Part shown: positions 31,567 through 42,799 of the stretch, piece after piece
Numbering within the stretch: the first letter of the stretch is position 1
How the letters are laid out: each line of letters opens with the position of its first letter
From: Candidatus Binatia bacterium
GTDB taxonomy: Bacteria > Desulfobacterota > Binatia > UBA9968 > CAXXLF01
DNA: 64,000 nt
Assembly: GCA_963664015.2 (NCBI GenBank)
Contig: CAXXLF010000002.1
Span: forward strand, 1,344,001 to 1,408,000
Direction: 5' to 3'
Program-made: the position numbers and the translations under genes
Notes under the pieces: model-generated
Database searches by the model: none
Seen by the model: the letters and a program-made list of their open reading frames with translations, nothing else
Told to the model about the DNA's origin: nothing

Positions 31567-31947
31567 TTAATCACCTTTCCGGCCCGTGCGGCCGTAACGG
31601 TCCTCTAAACGAACAACATCGTCGAGTTCGGATGTCGATACCTCTAGGATATCACAATCATCAAGGGCCATCATCCGATGCCTGGTCCCGGGGGGGATGT
31701 GGACACAATCACCCGGTTCGAGCCGTTGTTTCACCCTTTCTCCCTGAACCTCTGTTTCCAATTCCAAAGAACCGTGCAAGATATGGATCGACTCGTCTTT
31801 TACTCTATGATATTGATAGCTTAGACTCTCCCCCCTCTTTACGTGCAGGACCTTGCCCGCATAATGGTCCGTACGGGCCCAGATGAGCTCATAGCCCCAG
31901 GGTTTTTCTATCTTTTCCGGCTTATGTGGTAGGGTTTTATCGGCCAT
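31567..31947 (-). CDS. Cupin domain protein (mannose-6-phosphate isomerase type II C-terminal-like)
   Basis: EKPWGYE, LSYQYH, KDE, HRM, DDVVRLEDRYGR. Confidence 0.9.
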   Translation of the reverse strand: MADKTLPHKPEKIEKPWGYELIWARTDHYAGKVLHVKRGESLSYQYHRVKDESIHILHGSLELETEVQGERVKQRLEPGDCVHIPPGTRHRMMALDDCDILEVSTSELDDVVRLEDRYGRTGRKGD

Positions 31948-32105
31948 ATCTCGTAACTATTAGGATACCAAATGTCGCGGCTTTTAGACCAGCGTATTAA
32001 TAGGCCCCTATAGGCATCCGATCCAGATATGCCCAAGGGCAAAATTAACAAAAACGGAGCCGAACCCGGTTTTTGATGTGGGGTGATCGATCCGGATGAA
32101 CCGCG

Positions 32106-34370
32106 CTACTTGGTTGAACCCAGGCCCAGCAGGCCGATATCGAAGTTGAAGCTGGTCTTGTCCGGGTTCGTTGTATGGTTGACGCTAATACCGACCGTCC
32201 AGCACTCACACGGGGATAGCAGCTTGATACCCCCGCGGTTGCCGGTAAATCGACTGTCACGCGCGTCGTAGCTCCCATCGTAGAGGATCAGGATGTTATC
32301 GGTCACGTGCAGGATGGAATGTAATCCCACCTCTTCGAGCACGTTACGGGTGATCGTGTCCTCGGGCGGCAGGACGGTGAGGTTTGCGTTTTCTGCCAAG
32401 GGGGCCAACTGGTTCCTGCGGATGAATCGATAACTGAGACTCAGCGAATTGGACTTCATGAAGTCCTGGTCGAGGACGCGATGAAGTATCGGCCTGGGGC
32501 CGGTCAACGACACCTGAGTCCAGGCCTGACTGAACTGCCATGGCCCTGGATTGAGCCCGGTAAACACTTCCAAAGAGACAAAATCCGCCGGCGTCCACTT
32601 GAAATCGATTTCCAGGTCGGAAAGGGTATCTCCGCCGTTCCGCTCCTTATCGATATCGTAGTTCAAGGCCAAGCCTAGATGTCCTATCTCGCGCACGTCA
32701 CTCTTATCCGAGGGAGTGAGCAGGTCCACTCCTCGGTCCGAACCACCCTCCGAAGGCGGTGGAACAAATTTGCCCAGGAAGCGATTGACCAACGAGAAGT
32801 TCAGTATGTTCCTCCGGTTGACCCTATCGACCCCATCCATAATGGGGATATCCGACTGGTTGGTACCAGGTATGAAAAGGTAGTTCACTCGGGGTTCTAC
32901 CATATGCTTGATCTTTTGAAGCGCAGAGCCGTTCCAGGCAAAGTGATTGGAAACCGAGGTCCCCACATTGCCCTTCAGTTCCACGAGCGAGCGAATCTTG
33001 TTTTTATCGTAGATCCCCTCGGTTCGGTGCAGGTAGTAGACGGTTCCCCTCGGGGCGGCATCCAAGGAGCCGTCCAGATACGGAAAGAGTCGAAAGGGAA
33101 GGGAGACTTCCGGTCGCAGGTCCAACCGGAATCCGTCGGCCCCTTTTTTCCTCATGTAGTTCACACTCTCCGCCCGCCAGCTGAACTCGACGGGGAGTCC
33201 AAAATTCTTCTCGCCCCAAAAGGACAGATTTGGGAGCCGGAAAAACGTATCATCGTCGTCTTGAATAAAATCCTGGACGGCGTCCCACTCACCCCGCAGG
33301 AACATATCGCTTTCATGATTGAAGAATCCTACCCGTGACCGTGCGTAACGACTGGTCTGAATATCCCTTACTCGAACGTTGTCCACGTCAAACTGGTCCA
33401 CCAGTTCCCGGGTAAACAGGTCGTCGCTAAGGACAAAGATATCGCTGTAGGTGATCCATCCCAAGCGATGTTGGTAGCGGTGCCTACCGACTGCACTCCA
33501 ACGGCCCTGAGGGATGCTTGGATCGTCGATGGTCGTATCTTCGATATCGTCCTCTGCGTCGTTTCTCCAAGTTTCATTGAAGTAGGAGCCGTTGACGTAT
33601 AGGTTCGAATCCCGGTTGAAGACCTTGCGAAACTTTCCTATGGCGCCCAACCGGGTGCGGGTCTCTACATTGCCCTGAAGGGTAAGGTCGGTACTCTTGT
33701 TGATGGCCCAGAAGTAGGGCTGTTGATAGCGGAATCCATCCCTGCTCGAATAGCCCATCTTGGGGAAGAGGAAACCGCTCTGTCTCTCTGTCCTCATGGG
33801 GAAAAAGGCGTAGGGCAGGTAGAGGACGGGCACCTCCAGGAGATGAAAGGTTCCCCCTTTGATAAACCCTTTCCCTTCACGGGTCAGTCCGATCTCGCGA
33901 GCCTTGATTTGCCAGGTCGGGGTACCCGATTCGCACAGACAGGTGGTAAAAGATCCATCATCGATATGGTACGCCTGCCCGTCGAACTTCTTGAGGCTTC
34001 TACCGGACAAGCTAATGTGGCTTTCCTCGATGAAGACCTCCCCCTGTTCGATCTCCCATTTCTCTTCCCGCATGTCCATGCGAATAGATTCGGCCTTTAA
34101 CTTCCAATCGGGATTCACTACCGAGACCTGGCCCTTGGCCTCCACTTCCTGTTTCTCTCGGTTGACCCGCACGGACTCGGCCTTCAGGACCGCGTCCTCA
34201 CGCTTGATCTTCACATTGCCCTTGGCCCGAATCACGTTACCGGCTTCCTCGACGGTAAGCTGCTCCGCGGTCACGTCGATCTCACCTTTCCTGGGCTGGG
34301 TCTGAGCCAGTCCGATTTGAGCGGACCACAAGAGCAGGGCCATCAAAAGGCCTGAGGCAGCGCGGATCAT
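32106..34370 (-). CDS. lptD: LPS assembly protein LptD
   Basis: Signal peptide, OstA-like domain, FTTC, PVLYLPY, RQSGFLFP, beta-barrel C-terminus with CECW. Confidence 0.9.
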   Translation of the reverse strand: MIRAASGLLMALLLWSAQIGLAQTQPRKGEIDVTAEQLTVEEAGNVIRAKGNVKIKREDAVLKAESVRVNREKQEVEAKGQVSVVNPDWKLKAESIRMDMREEKWEIEQGEVFIEESHISLSGRSLKKFDGQAYHIDDGSFTTCLCESGTPTWQIKAREIGLTREGKGFIKGGTFHLLEVPVLYLPYAFFPMRTERQSGFLFPKMGYSSRDGFRYQQPYFWAINKSTDLTLQGNVETRTRLGAIGKFRKVFNRDSNLYVNGSYFNETWRNDAEDDIEDTTIDDPSIPQGRWSAVGRHRYQHRLGWITYSDIFVLSDDLFTRELVDQFDVDNVRVRDIQTSRYARSRVGFFNHESDMFLRGEWDAVQDFIQDDDDTFFRLPNLSFWGEKNFGLPVEFSWRAESVNYMRKKGADGFRLDLRPEVSLPFRLFPYLDGSLDAAPRGTVYYLHRTEGIYDKNKIRSLVELKGNVGTSVSNHFAWNGSALQKIKHMVEPRVNYLFIPGTNQSDIPIMDGVDRVNRRNILNFSLVNRFLGKFVPPPSEGGSDRGVDLLTPSDKSDVREIGHLGLALNYDIDKERNGGDTLSDLEIDFKWTPADFVSLEVFTGLNPGPWQFSQAWTQVSLTGPRPILHRVLDQDFMKSNSLSLSYRFIRRNQLAPLAENANLTVLPPEDTITRNVLEEVGLHSILHVTDNILILYDGSYDARDSRFTGNRGGIKLLSPCECWTVGISVNHTTNPDKTSFNFDIGLLGLGSTK

Positions 34371-35671
34371 ACGGCCCCTAACACCCCAGACACTATGTGG
34401 AGTTTTTTTGTTTGAACGAGAAACGGTCGTACCTGACCCAAGAGGTAAAGGGAGCCGGTAACCAGCAGGACTTCATCTCGACCGGCACTGCCCAGTAAGG
34501 TACCGACGGCCTCCATGGGATCGTCGATCGTCTTCACCGGCAGCCCGGGAGGAAGCAGACGATGCAAGAGTTCAGGCTCCCCGCTGCGTTCCATAGGCAC
34601 GCGGGTCAAGACAATTTCATCGGCAACGCGGGTGAGCTCTGTTAACATACCCGACCAATCCTTATCCTTCATCACCCCGAAAAGCAGCTTGACCTTCCTA
34701 CCGCCCACCAAAATACGCACCTCGTGGACCAGAGCCTTGACCCCCTGCATGTTGTGCGCCCCGTCAAGGATGACCACAGGCGTGTGTCCGATAATCTCTA
34801 ATCGCCCGGGCCAGTAGACCCTTTCCAGCCCTTGGCGGATCGCAGCTTCGTCCACGGGGAACCGATCCTGCATAAGTTCTAGCGCGGCCAATGCGGAGGC
34901 CGCGTTGCGCCTTTGGTGGACTCCACGTAAGCCAAGGGAAAGCCCCTTCAAATGCCAACGAATACCGTCGTACGAGAACTGGTCATTCTCCCCTAAATCG
35001 ACAGAAAAGTCCCGACCGAAGAAATAGGTGGGGCACCCCTTAATCCGGGCAATATCCTCAATAACGACCCGGGCCTGTGTTTCCAAGGGTCCCCCCACAA
35101 CCGGGACCCCTTCCTTGATGATCCCCCCCTTCTCCCGCGCGATGGAATCCAGGTCGGAGCCCAAATACGCCTCATGGTCTTTTGCCACGGTGGTAATGAT
35201 GGACACCCCGGGTACAACAAGGTTGGTGGCATCCAGCCTGCCCCCCATTCCGACCTCCAATACGGCTACGTCCACGTCATGATGAGCGAAATAGATCATG
35301 GCCATGACGGTCACGAATTCGAAAAAGGTAAGGAAGATTTTTGCCTCTTCCAAGCGTTGCGTCAAGGATTCGGCTATTTCGACTACCTCGTCGGGCAAAA
35401 TCTCGCCTTGGCCCACTCGAATCCGTTCCGTGAAGGAGGTGAGATGAGGCGAGGTGTACAGGGCGGCTCGATAACCCTGAGCGCACAGGATGCTGTGCAG
35501 CATGGCTGCCGTAGACCCCTTCCCATTGGTGCCGGCGATATGAAAGACCGGGCAACAACGCTCCGGATGGTCGAACAGAGACAGAGCTTGCTCAACACGA
35601 TGCAAACGCAAATCGACCTCACCGCCGCGCAGGTTGTAAATCGTGTTGAGAGTCTCTGAGTAGGATGGCAT
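34367..35671 (-). CDS. folC: Folylpolyglutamate synthase/dihydrofolate synthase
   Basis: HIAGTNGKGST, YTSPHL, EVGMGGRLDATN, WPGRLE, LDGAHN, TGSLYL. Confidence 0.96.
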   Translation of the reverse strand: MPSYSETLNTIYNLRGGEVDLRLHRVEQALSLFDHPERCCPVFHIAGTNGKGSTAAMLHSILCAQGYRAALYTSPHLTSFTERIRVGQGEILPDEVVEIAESLTQRLEEAKIFLTFFEFVTVMAMIYFAHHDVDVAVLEVGMGGRLDATNLVVPGVSIITTVAKDHEAYLGSDLDSIAREKGGIIKEGVPVVGGPLETQARVVIEDIARIKGCPTYFFGRDFSVDLGENDQFSYDGIRWHLKGLSLGLRGVHQRRNAASALAALELMQDRFPVDEAAIRQGLERVYWPGRLEIIGHTPVVILDGAHNMQGVKALVHEVRILVGGRKVKLLFGVMKDKDWSGMLTELTRVADEIVLTRVPMERSGEPELLHRLLPPGLPVKTIDDPMEAVGTLLGSAGRDEVLLVTGSLYLLGQVRPFLVQTKKLHIVSGVLGAV

Positions 35672-35707
35672 CAAGGAACCTAACAGCTGCTTTCTCAAAT
35701 AAGGGCA

Positions 35708-36523
35708 CTAACGGTGCTTCTTAGAAACACTGTTTACGGCCCGCTTGAGGCTGGCCACGAATGCGGCCGCTCGTTTGACCTTGTCTTCCCGACGGCGGGC
35801 CTTCTCCATGATATTGATCAAGGCGCTTCCCACCACTACCGCATCGGCAAAGGAAGCAACCCAAGCCGCTTGCTTAGGGGTAGAGATACCAAAACCGACG
35901 CCGATGGGCAAAGAGGTACTGCGTCGAACCCGGGCCACCAGGGCGCCGAGTCCCTTCTCGAAACTACTCCTCGTTCCCGTCACCCCGGTCACCGACACAT
36001 AATAGATAAAGCCTCCAGCCTCCCGGGTAACCAGACGAACACGGTGCGAGTCACTGGTAGGGGCCAGTAGGTAGATCATATGGAGGCCTCGGGCTGTGGC
36101 CCAGCTCTTGAGCTCCCCGCTCTCCTCCGGGGGAAGATCCACGCACAGAATTCCATCGGCCCCCGCATTCCTGGCCTCCTGGGTAAGCCGCTTGAGCCCG
36201 AAATGAAAGAATGGGTTGTAGTAACCAAAAAGGATCAGTGGAACTTCCGAGCGCCGGCGAAACTGGCGAACCACCTCCAAGATGCTGGAAAGCGACAGCC
36301 CCTTATGGAGGGCGCGTTCGGAGGCCCGTTGGATCGTCGGGCCGTCGGCCATCGGATCCGAAAAAGGGATGCCCAGTTCGATCAGGTCAGCCCCGCTTTG
36401 TGCCACCGCCAGCAGCGTTTCCAACGTGGTCCGAAGATCCGGGTCCCCCGCCTCGATGAATGGGATCAAGGCGGTCTTTCCCCGGCTTTTCAACTCGGCA
36501 AATTTTTGATCAATACGATTCAC
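35708..36523 (-). CDS. trpA: Tryptophan synthase alpha subunit
   Basis: ELGIPFSDPMADGPTIQ, GVTG, GFGIS, VVVGSA. Confidence 0.98.
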   Translation of the reverse strand: MNRIDQKFAELKSRGKTALIPFIEAGDPDLRTTLETLLAVAQSGADLIELGIPFSDPMADGPTIQRASERALHKGLSLSSILEVVRQFRRRSEVPLILFGYYNPFFHFGLKRLTQEARNAGADGILCVDLPPEESGELKSWATARGLHMIYLLAPTSDSHRVRLVTREAGGFIYYVSVTGVTGTRSSFEKGLGALVARVRRSTSLPIGVGFGISTPKQAAWVASFADAVVVGSALINIMEKARRREDKVKRAAAFVASLKRAVNSVSKKHR

Positions 36524-36581
36524 TCTTCGTTAACCCGTTGGTTGGTCATCAAGTTGCTTACGGTTATCGATCACGCACCCT

Positions 36582-37802
36582 CTAAAGTTTATCTCCCAAA
36601 TATTTTGTCACCGCATCGATATCTTTGTCCCCTCTTCCCGACAAGTTCAGGACAATCAACTCACGCTTGGACCGCCGGGGGGCAAGACGAATGACTTCGG
36701 CCACCGCATGGGCACTCTCCAATGCGGGAATGATCCCCTCCACCTCAGAGAGCACCCTCATGGAATTGACAGCCTCCGTATCGGTGGCCGAGACAAACGC
36801 GATACGACCGGATTCGTAGAGGTAACTGTGTTCCGGACCCACTCCGGGATAATCCAGACCCGGGGCGATGGAGTGGGCATGGCGGATCTGACCGGTCTTT
36901 TCCTGGAGCAGGTAAGTCTTGTTCCCATGGAGCACTCCGATCGTACCGCCAAGGATCGATGCCGAGTGGTGCCCACTACGCAGTCCCAAACCCGCTGCTT
37001 CCACACCGATCATCTTCACCCGTCGATCTTTCAGAAAGGGATAGAACAACCCCATGGCGTTGCTCCCACCACCGACACAGGCGACCAGGTAGTGGGGCAA
37101 TCGACCTTCCTTTGCGAGGATTTGCCGCCGCGCCTCCTTACCGACGACCGACTGAAAATCGCGTACCATCATGGGATAGGGATGGGGACCGGCCACCGAG
37201 CCGATGAGGTAATAAGTGGAGCGGACATGGGTCACCCAGTTTCTGAGGGCCTCGTTCATAGCGTCCTTCAGTGTACAGGTACCCGAGTCTACTACTATGA
37301 CCTTGGCTCCGAGCAGTTTCATTCGCGAGACATTCAAGGATTGACGCTGTACATCCTCTTTGCCCATGAAGATCTCACACTCCATACCAAAAAGCGCCGC
37401 CACTGTCGCCGTAGCGACCCCATGCTGCCCGGCACCCGTCTCCGCTATGACCCGCTGTTTGCCCATCCTGCGGGCAAGGAGGATCTGTCCCACCGTGTTA
37501 TTGATCTTGTGAGCTCCCGTATGACAGAGGTCTTCGCGTTTGATATAGACCTTGGCGCCGCCGAGCCGGCGGGTGAGACGCTCGGCAAAGTAAAGGGGCG
37601 TTTCCCTACCGACGTATTCACGTAGATAGGTATGGACCTCACGCTGGAAGGCTCGGTCACGCCGCGCCTTGGTGTAGGCCTCCTGCAAAGCGACCAGGGC
37701 CGGCATGAGGGTCTCGGATACGTAGCGACCCCCGAAGACGCCATAGTGCCCCTGTCGATCAGGAAGCCTTGGCAGCGAGGATGAATTCTTTGAGTTTCCC
37801 AT
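36582..37802 (-). CDS. trpB: Tryptophan synthase beta subunit
   Basis: [43 protein letters not shown]. Confidence 0.98.
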   Translation of the reverse strand: MGNSKNSSSLPRLPDRQGHYGVFGGRYVSETLMPALVALQEAYTKARRDRAFQREVHTYLREYVGRETPLYFAERLTRRLGGAKVYIKREDLCHTGAHKINNTVGQILLARRMGKQRVIAETGAGQHGVATATVAALFGMECEIFMGKEDVQRQSLNVSRMKLLGAKVIVVDSGTCTLKDAMNEALRNWVTHVRSTYYLIGSVAGPHPYPMMVRDFQSVVGKEARRQILAKEGRLPHYLVACVGGGSNAMGLFYPFLKDRRVKMIGVEAAGLGLRSGHHSASILGGTIGVLHGNKTYLLQEKTGQIRHAHSIAPGLDYPGVGPEHSYLYESGRIAFVSATDTEAVNSMRVLSEVEGIIPALESAHAVAEVIRLAPRRSKRELIVLNLSGRGDKDIDAVTKYLGDKL

Positions 37803-38385
37803 AATCCTTAATACCCGGACGGGCCTCAACGCCGGAACAAACGTCTACCCCGATGGGCCGTACCTCAGTGACGGCACGGACTACATTGTTCAGATTCAAC
37901 CCACCGGAAAGAATAACCCGGGTCGGATCCAATCCCTCAATCCACTCCCACTGGAACGGATAGCCCGAGCCGCCGTACCCATCGCTCCAGGAATCCAAAA
38001 GATAAAAATCTGCAGGGTATTCACCAACCGTGGCCAGGGATCCCTGGTTCCGGACTCGAAAGGCCTTGATGACCTTGACCTCCCACGCTTCGCAGTATTT
38101 GGGATCCTCCTCCCCATGGAACTGGACGCCGCTAAAGGCGGGACCGTCTGCGCCGCTCGGTACCGGACCAATAATCTCTTTTACCCTGGCCCGAGGCTCG
38201 TTGACCACAACGGCGATCCGGCAAACCTCCCGTGGCACCTCGCTCACAATGGCCCACGCCTGCTCTGGCGTTAAATAGCGCGGGCTCGGTGGATAGAAAT
38301 TGAACCCTAGGGCATCGGCACCGAACTCTACCGATTTGAGAGCATCCTCGACGCTGGTTATTCCACAGACCTTAACCTTAACCAT
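37759..38385 (-). CDS. trpF: Phosphoribosylanthranilate isomerase
   Basis: [35 protein letters not shown]. Confidence 0.96.
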   Translation of the reverse strand: MVKVKVCGITSVEDALKSVEFGADALGFNFYPPSPRYLTPEQAWAIVSEVPREVCRIAVVVNEPRARVKEIIGPVPSGADGPAFSGVQFHGEEDPKYCEAWEVKVIKAFRVRNQGSLATVGEYPADFYLLDSWSDGYGGSGYPFQWEWIEGLDPTRVILSGGLNLNNVVRAVTEVRPIGVDVCSGVEARPGIKDYGKLKEFILAAKAS

Positions 38386-38423
38386 AACAATCTGTTAACC
38401 GCGAATAGGCCCCGTCCCGTAAA

Positions 38424-38467
38424 TGACAATTTGCCATTCGCTATTTACAATTGGCTATTTGCTAATT
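38424..38467. repeat. Heptamer tandem tract overlapping the trpC stop
   Basis: ACAATTT-GCCATTC-GCTATTT-ACAATTG-GCTATTT-GCTAATT; same family as 47021-47097. Confidence 0.7.
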
Positions 38468-39237
38468 AGCAGTTCCCTCAGCTTGGCTCCCGGGTCGCGG
38501 GCCCGCATGAGCGTCTCGCCAATAAGAAACACATGGGCCCCCAAGGCTTCGAGCCTCACCATTTGACCGGAACCTTCTATGCCACTTTCACAGACCACGG
38601 TTTTGTCTCTGGGAACCATCGGGAGCAGCTTCTCTACGACGTCCAGATTGACCTCGAACGTTTTCAAGTCCCGGCTATTGATGCCGATAAGCGTTGCCCC
38701 GGCTACCAGTGCGCATTCTAACTCGCCTTCCGTGTGTACCTCGACCAGGGCCTGTAGGGACAGCGAACGAGCCTGACCCATTAGGTCCAGAAGCAAGGAG
38801 ATGTCGAGCAATGCCACGATGAACAGCACCGCGTCGGCCCCAAATCCCCGCGCCTCAACCAGTTGATAAGGGTCAACAATAAAATCCTTCCGCAGCAGGG
38901 GGAGAGTAACTTCCCCTTTGACCTTCTCCAGAGAGGAGAGACTTCCCAGGAAGAACCGTTCCTCAGTGAGGACCGAAAGGGCACTGGCACCATTGGCCGC
39001 TAGGGACCTGGCGATTTCCACAGCGTCGAAGTCCTCACGAATAACCCCTTTGGAAGGTGAAGCGCGCTTGACTTCGGCGATGACATGCCGCGACGTCCCC
39101 CGCAGACTGCCTTCAAAATCCCGCGGCGGCAGGTGAAACAGGGGACGATCCTCAAGCTGCGAGGTCGGACTTCTACGCTGTCTTTGCTCGACCTCCTCGC
39201 GTACATGGTTGACGATGGTTTCAAGAAAGATACTCAT
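38455..39237 (-). CDS. trpC: Indole-3-glycerol phosphate synthase
   Basis: IAEVKRASPSKG, SVLTE, LRKDF, ESGI. Confidence 0.97.
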   Translation of the reverse strand: MSIFLETIVNHVREEVEQRQRRSPTSQLEDRPLFHLPPRDFEGSLRGTSRHVIAEVKRASPSKGVIREDFDAVEIARSLAANGASALSVLTEERFFLGSLSSLEKVKGEVTLPLLRKDFIVDPYQLVEARGFGADAVLFIVALLDISLLLDLMGQARSLSLQALVEVHTEGELECALVAGATLIGINSRDLKTFEVNLDVVEKLLPMVPRDKTVVCESGIEGSGQMVRLEALGAHVFLIGETLMRARDPGAKLRELLISK

Positions 39238-39271
39238 CTACCCCCGACTCCGCACCCTCTGCTATTCGCAC

Positions 39272-40288
39272 CTAACTGGAGTTGCTAACGCGGACCAGCA
39301 AGTCGAGCTTTTCCTGCGCCCTGCCTGAATCAATGGCTTCATGAGCCCGCTTGATTCCATCGGCGATGGATTCCACTGTACCGCTAGCATACAGAGCGGC
39401 ACCGCTATTCAGGAGAGTCACGTCCCGTCTCGGCCCTTTTGCCCCTTTGAGGATCTCCTGCAAGATCTCGGCACATTTCTCCGGATCACCCCCTCGAAGT
39501 TCTTCCAAGAGACAGCGTTGCAGGCCGAAATCCTCCGGCGATACGACGTAGCTTTTCACCGCTCCGTCGCGCAGCTCGGCAACCTGAGTCGGCCCGCATA
39601 GGGACACCTCATCCAGTCCCTCATCTCCGTGTACGACCAGGGCCTGTCGGGTCCCTAGATTCTTTAAAACTTGGGCAATAGGTTCGGTCAGGGCACCGTC
39701 GTATATGCCGATGAGCTGGTGGGTCGCCATGGCAGGATTGGTCAGTGGCCCGAGGATATTAAAGATCGTCCGGATCCCTATTTCCCGACGGGGCCCCCCT
39801 GCGAATTTCATGGCCTGATGCAACAGCGGGGCGAAGAGAAAACCGATCCCCACCTGCTCCAGGCATTCTTCCACTTTTTTCTTTGGCACCTCAATATTGA
39901 CTCCCAGTGCAGCCAATACATCGGCACTTCCCGAATGACTGGATACGGACCGGTTCCCATGCTTGGCTACGGTCACGCCGCAGGCTGCAACAACGAACGC
40001 TGCGGTTGTAGAGATGTTGAACGTTCCCATTTGATCGCCACCGGTCCCACAGGTATCCAGAACGCATTGGGAGTGAACCGAAACCCGGTCCGCCTTTTCC
40101 CTCATGACCCTCGCGGCACCCGTTATCTCCCCAACGGTCTCTCCTTTCATCCTCAAGGCAGTGAGAAAAGAAGCGACCTGAGCGGGAGTGGTCTCTCCGG
40201 TCATAATCTCGTTCATCACCGAAACGGTTTCGCTCTCCGTAAGGTCCGTGTGGCGCGTCAGATTGGCTATAGCTTCACGAATATTCAT
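39272..40288 (-). CDS. trpD: Anthranilate phosphoribosyltransferase
   Basis: DTCGTGGD, NISTT, KHGNRSVSS, GPLTNP, GLDE. Confidence 0.97.
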   Translation of the reverse strand: MNIREAIANLTRHTDLTESETVSVMNEIMTGETTPAQVASFLTALRMKGETVGEITGAARVMREKADRVSVHSQCVLDTCGTGGDQMGTFNISTTAAFVVAACGVTVAKHGNRSVSSHSGSADVLAALGVNIEVPKKKVEECLEQVGIGFLFAPLLHQAMKFAGGPRREIGIRTIFNILGPLTNPAMATHQLIGIYDGALTEPIAQVLKNLGTRQALVVHGDEGLDEVSLCGPTQVAELRDGAVKSYVVSPEDFGLQRCLLEELRGGDPEKCAEILQEILKGAKGPRRDVTLLNSGAALYASGTVESIADGIKRAHEAIDSGRAQEKLDLLVRVSNSS

Positions 40289-40962
40289 AGAGTCACCTTG
40301 GCAATGATGGCCTGGGTAAATCTTTCCCGCTTTTCGAGTCTCTCCAGCAAGGCCTTGGCTTCCTTCTGGGTCGCCAGACGCCCTACACGTACGCGGTACC
40401 AGGTCCGGCCCTTGATGACGATTGAAACAAGGTAGGCTTTGTACCCTTTATCCTTGAGCCTGTTGGTGAGGACCTGTGCGTCTCCACGACGGGTCAAGGC
40501 CTTGACCTGTACGGACCAGATCGTGGTCCCTCTCTTCGCCGAAACGCTTGCCCGTTTTGCCGGTGTTTTCACCGGCGCCCGTTGGCTCGGTTTGGCAGGG
40601 GCCGGAGTCACTTTGGCCTTGGCAACCTTTTTCTTCGGAACCCCTTGTTCTTTCTTCTTGCTCGCCTTTTCCGGAGCCGGTGTTGGACTTTTAGTCAGGA
40701 TATCGTAAAAGGTCATCTCCTGGTCCGGCGAGGTTCCCTTAGTTGTACTCGGCCCACCGGGAAACGCTGTTAATGGAATCTTCGTAATCGGTTCATCACC
40801 GCCTCTTTGCAGGAGCTTTTTCTCCTCGATCCCTTGCCCTACCAACATGCCAAGGAAAAATACGATCGAACAGGTAACGGTAAATCCCACGGCCAGTATG
40901 CCCAGTTGGCCGCGACTTAAATAATAGGAACCCGAATCTGTAGCTTTACGAAAATCTGCCAT
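40285..40962 (-). CDS. SPOR domain cell-division protein (FtsN/DedD-like)
   Basis: N-terminal TM helix, MTFYDIL, Lys/Pro linker, WSVQV...WYRVRVG SPOR domain; follows argS. Confidence 0.88.
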   Translation of the reverse strand: MADFRKATDSGSYYLSRGQLGILAVGFTVTCSIVFFLGMLVGQGIEEKKLLQRGGDEPITKIPLTAFPGGPSTTKGTSPDQEMTFYDILTKSPTPAPEKASKKKEQGVPKKKVAKAKVTPAPAKPSQRAPVKTPAKRASVSAKRGTTIWSVQVKALTRRGDAQVLTNRLKDKGYKAYLVSIVIKGRTWYRVRVGRLATQKEAKALLERLEKRERFTQAIIAKVTL

Positions 40963-41007
40963 AAGGATTAATCAGCCGTTTTTCGCTCCCGAGTTCCCTA
41001 GATCCGT

Positions 41008-42696
41008 TTAACCCTCTTCGTCCAAAGACCGGGCCATTCGTAAGGGGGCCTCCACTCCTAAAATATGCAGACCCATACGAATTACAGTCTGGACTTCTTT
41101 GACCAGTACAAGGCGTGCCCGGCTCAAAGCCGCATCATCGGACAGGACCCGGTTGCGGTTATAATAACGGTGAAACAGCCCCGCCAGTTCGTACAGGTAA
41201 AAGACCAACCGATGGGGCTCTAATTCCTGGGTGGTTTCCTTCACGACCTCAGCATACTCGATTACCTTCTTGATCAATTCAAGCTCTTCGAGCAAGGTGA
41301 GCTTTTCCAAATCAACGTCCGAGCTATTCAGCGCTTCGCCATTCAACCCATGGGAACCTGCCTGATCAATGATACTGGCCACCCGCGCATGGGCATATTG
41401 TACATAGAAGACCGGGTTCTCGGAAGATTCCTTTTTAGCCAGATCCAAATCGAATTCCAGATGGCTGTCGGACCTGCGCATCAAAAAGAAAAACCGCGCT
41501 GCGTCCGTGCCGACCTCTTCCAACACCTCCCGAAGCAAAACAAATTCTCCCAGCCGCTTGCCCATGCGGACGGGGGTTCCGCCGCGGGTCAGTTGTACCA
41601 TCTGGACAAGGACCACTTGGAGTACTCCGGGATCGTAGCCCAAGGCTTGGATGGCGGCCTTGAGTCTGCCCACATAACCATGGTGATCCGCACCCCAAAC
41701 ATTGATTAGCTTTTTGTATCCCCTTTTGAACTTATTCCGATGGTAGGCAATATCGCTGGCAAAGTAGGTGAGGTCGCCATCGCTTTTGATAACAGTCCGG
41801 TCCTTATCGTCTCCGTAGGACTGGGCTTTGAACCACAGGGCTCCGTCCTGTTGATAAAGGTCTCCACGAGCGCGCAAGGTTTCTATGGATTGCTCGACTT
41901 CACCACGCTCCCTCATGCTTTTTTCACTGAAGAAGGAGTCAAAGCTGATACCGAATCCCTCCAAATCATCGCGTATAACCGAAAGCATCGATTCGGCTCC
42001 AAAGCGACTAAGAGAGGCCACCGCTTCCTCTCGACTATTGGAAGCGTACTGCTCTCCCCATCGTTCCTTGACCGTCATGGCCAGTTCCTTGACATAATCC
42101 CCCGGATATCCGTTCTCCGGAAAGGGTTCCTTGACGCCCTCAAGTTCATGGTAGCGGTGGTAAATAGAAAGGCCCAAATTCTCTATTTGCCTTCCCGAGT
42201 CATTGACATAGTACTCCCGCTCCACACGATAACCAACCTCCGCAAATAGGCGGGCCAGGACGTCACCAATCACGGCAACGCGCCCATGGCCTACGTGAAG
42301 AGGGCCCGTGGGATTCACGCTGGCAAATTCCACCTGTACGGTCTCTCCCCGGCCAAGGTCAAGGGTCCGGGTACGATCCGCGTCGACCTGGCGCAGGCAG
42401 CGGTAACAGAAACTGGGAGAGAAAGAAAAGTTGATGAAACCGGGGCCCGCCACCTGGACCTTGTCGAGAATCCCATCTGGATCTTCCAGGTTCTTTATCA
42501 GCAGCTCGGCTATGACCCGGGGGGATTTACGCTGCCTCTTAGCCCAGATCATGGCTAGATTGGTGCTCAGATCACCAAATTCTTTCTGCTTTGGCGTCTC
42601 CAGAAGTAAAGGGGGGAGCTCTGTCAAATCCAGCTCTCCCCCCTTCGCGATTTTCTCAATGGTTCGGGTCAGGAGATCTCTAAGGTGATCTTTCAT
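41008..42696 (-). CDS. argS: Arginine--tRNA ligase
   Basis: EFASVNPTGPLHVGH, WGADHHGY, NPVFYVQYAHAR. Confidence 0.98.
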   Translation of the reverse strand: MKDHLRDLLTRTIEKIAKGGELDLTELPPLLLETPKQKEFGDLSTNLAMIWAKRQRKSPRVIAELLIKNLEDPDGILDKVQVAGPGFINFSFSPSFCYRCLRQVDADRTRTLDLGRGETVQVEFASVNPTGPLHVGHGRVAVIGDVLARLFAEVGYRVEREYYVNDSGRQIENLGLSIYHRYHELEGVKEPFPENGYPGDYVKELAMTVKERWGEQYASNSREEAVASLSRFGAESMLSVIRDDLEGFGISFDSFFSEKSMRERGEVEQSIETLRARGDLYQQDGALWFKAQSYGDDKDRTVIKSDGDLTYFASDIAYHRNKFKRGYKKLINVWGADHHGYVGRLKAAIQALGYDPGVLQVVLVQMVQLTRGGTPVRMGKRLGEFVLLREVLEEVGTDAARFFFLMRRSDSHLEFDLDLAKKESSENPVFYVQYAHARVASIIDQAGSHGLNGEALNSSDVDLEKLTLLEELELIKKVIEYAEVVKETTQELEPHRLVFYLYELAGLFHRYYNRNRVLSDDAALSRARLVLVKEVQTVIRMGLHILGVEAPLRMARSLDEEG

Positions 42697-42799
42697 CGCG
42701 ATCTTTGACCATTCCCACGGTCCCCTTCCGGCTTTAGTCGGTAATGAAGTAGCTTCTTATTTGGCAAGAATGTGCACCTAGAATTGGGCCCCAACGCCG

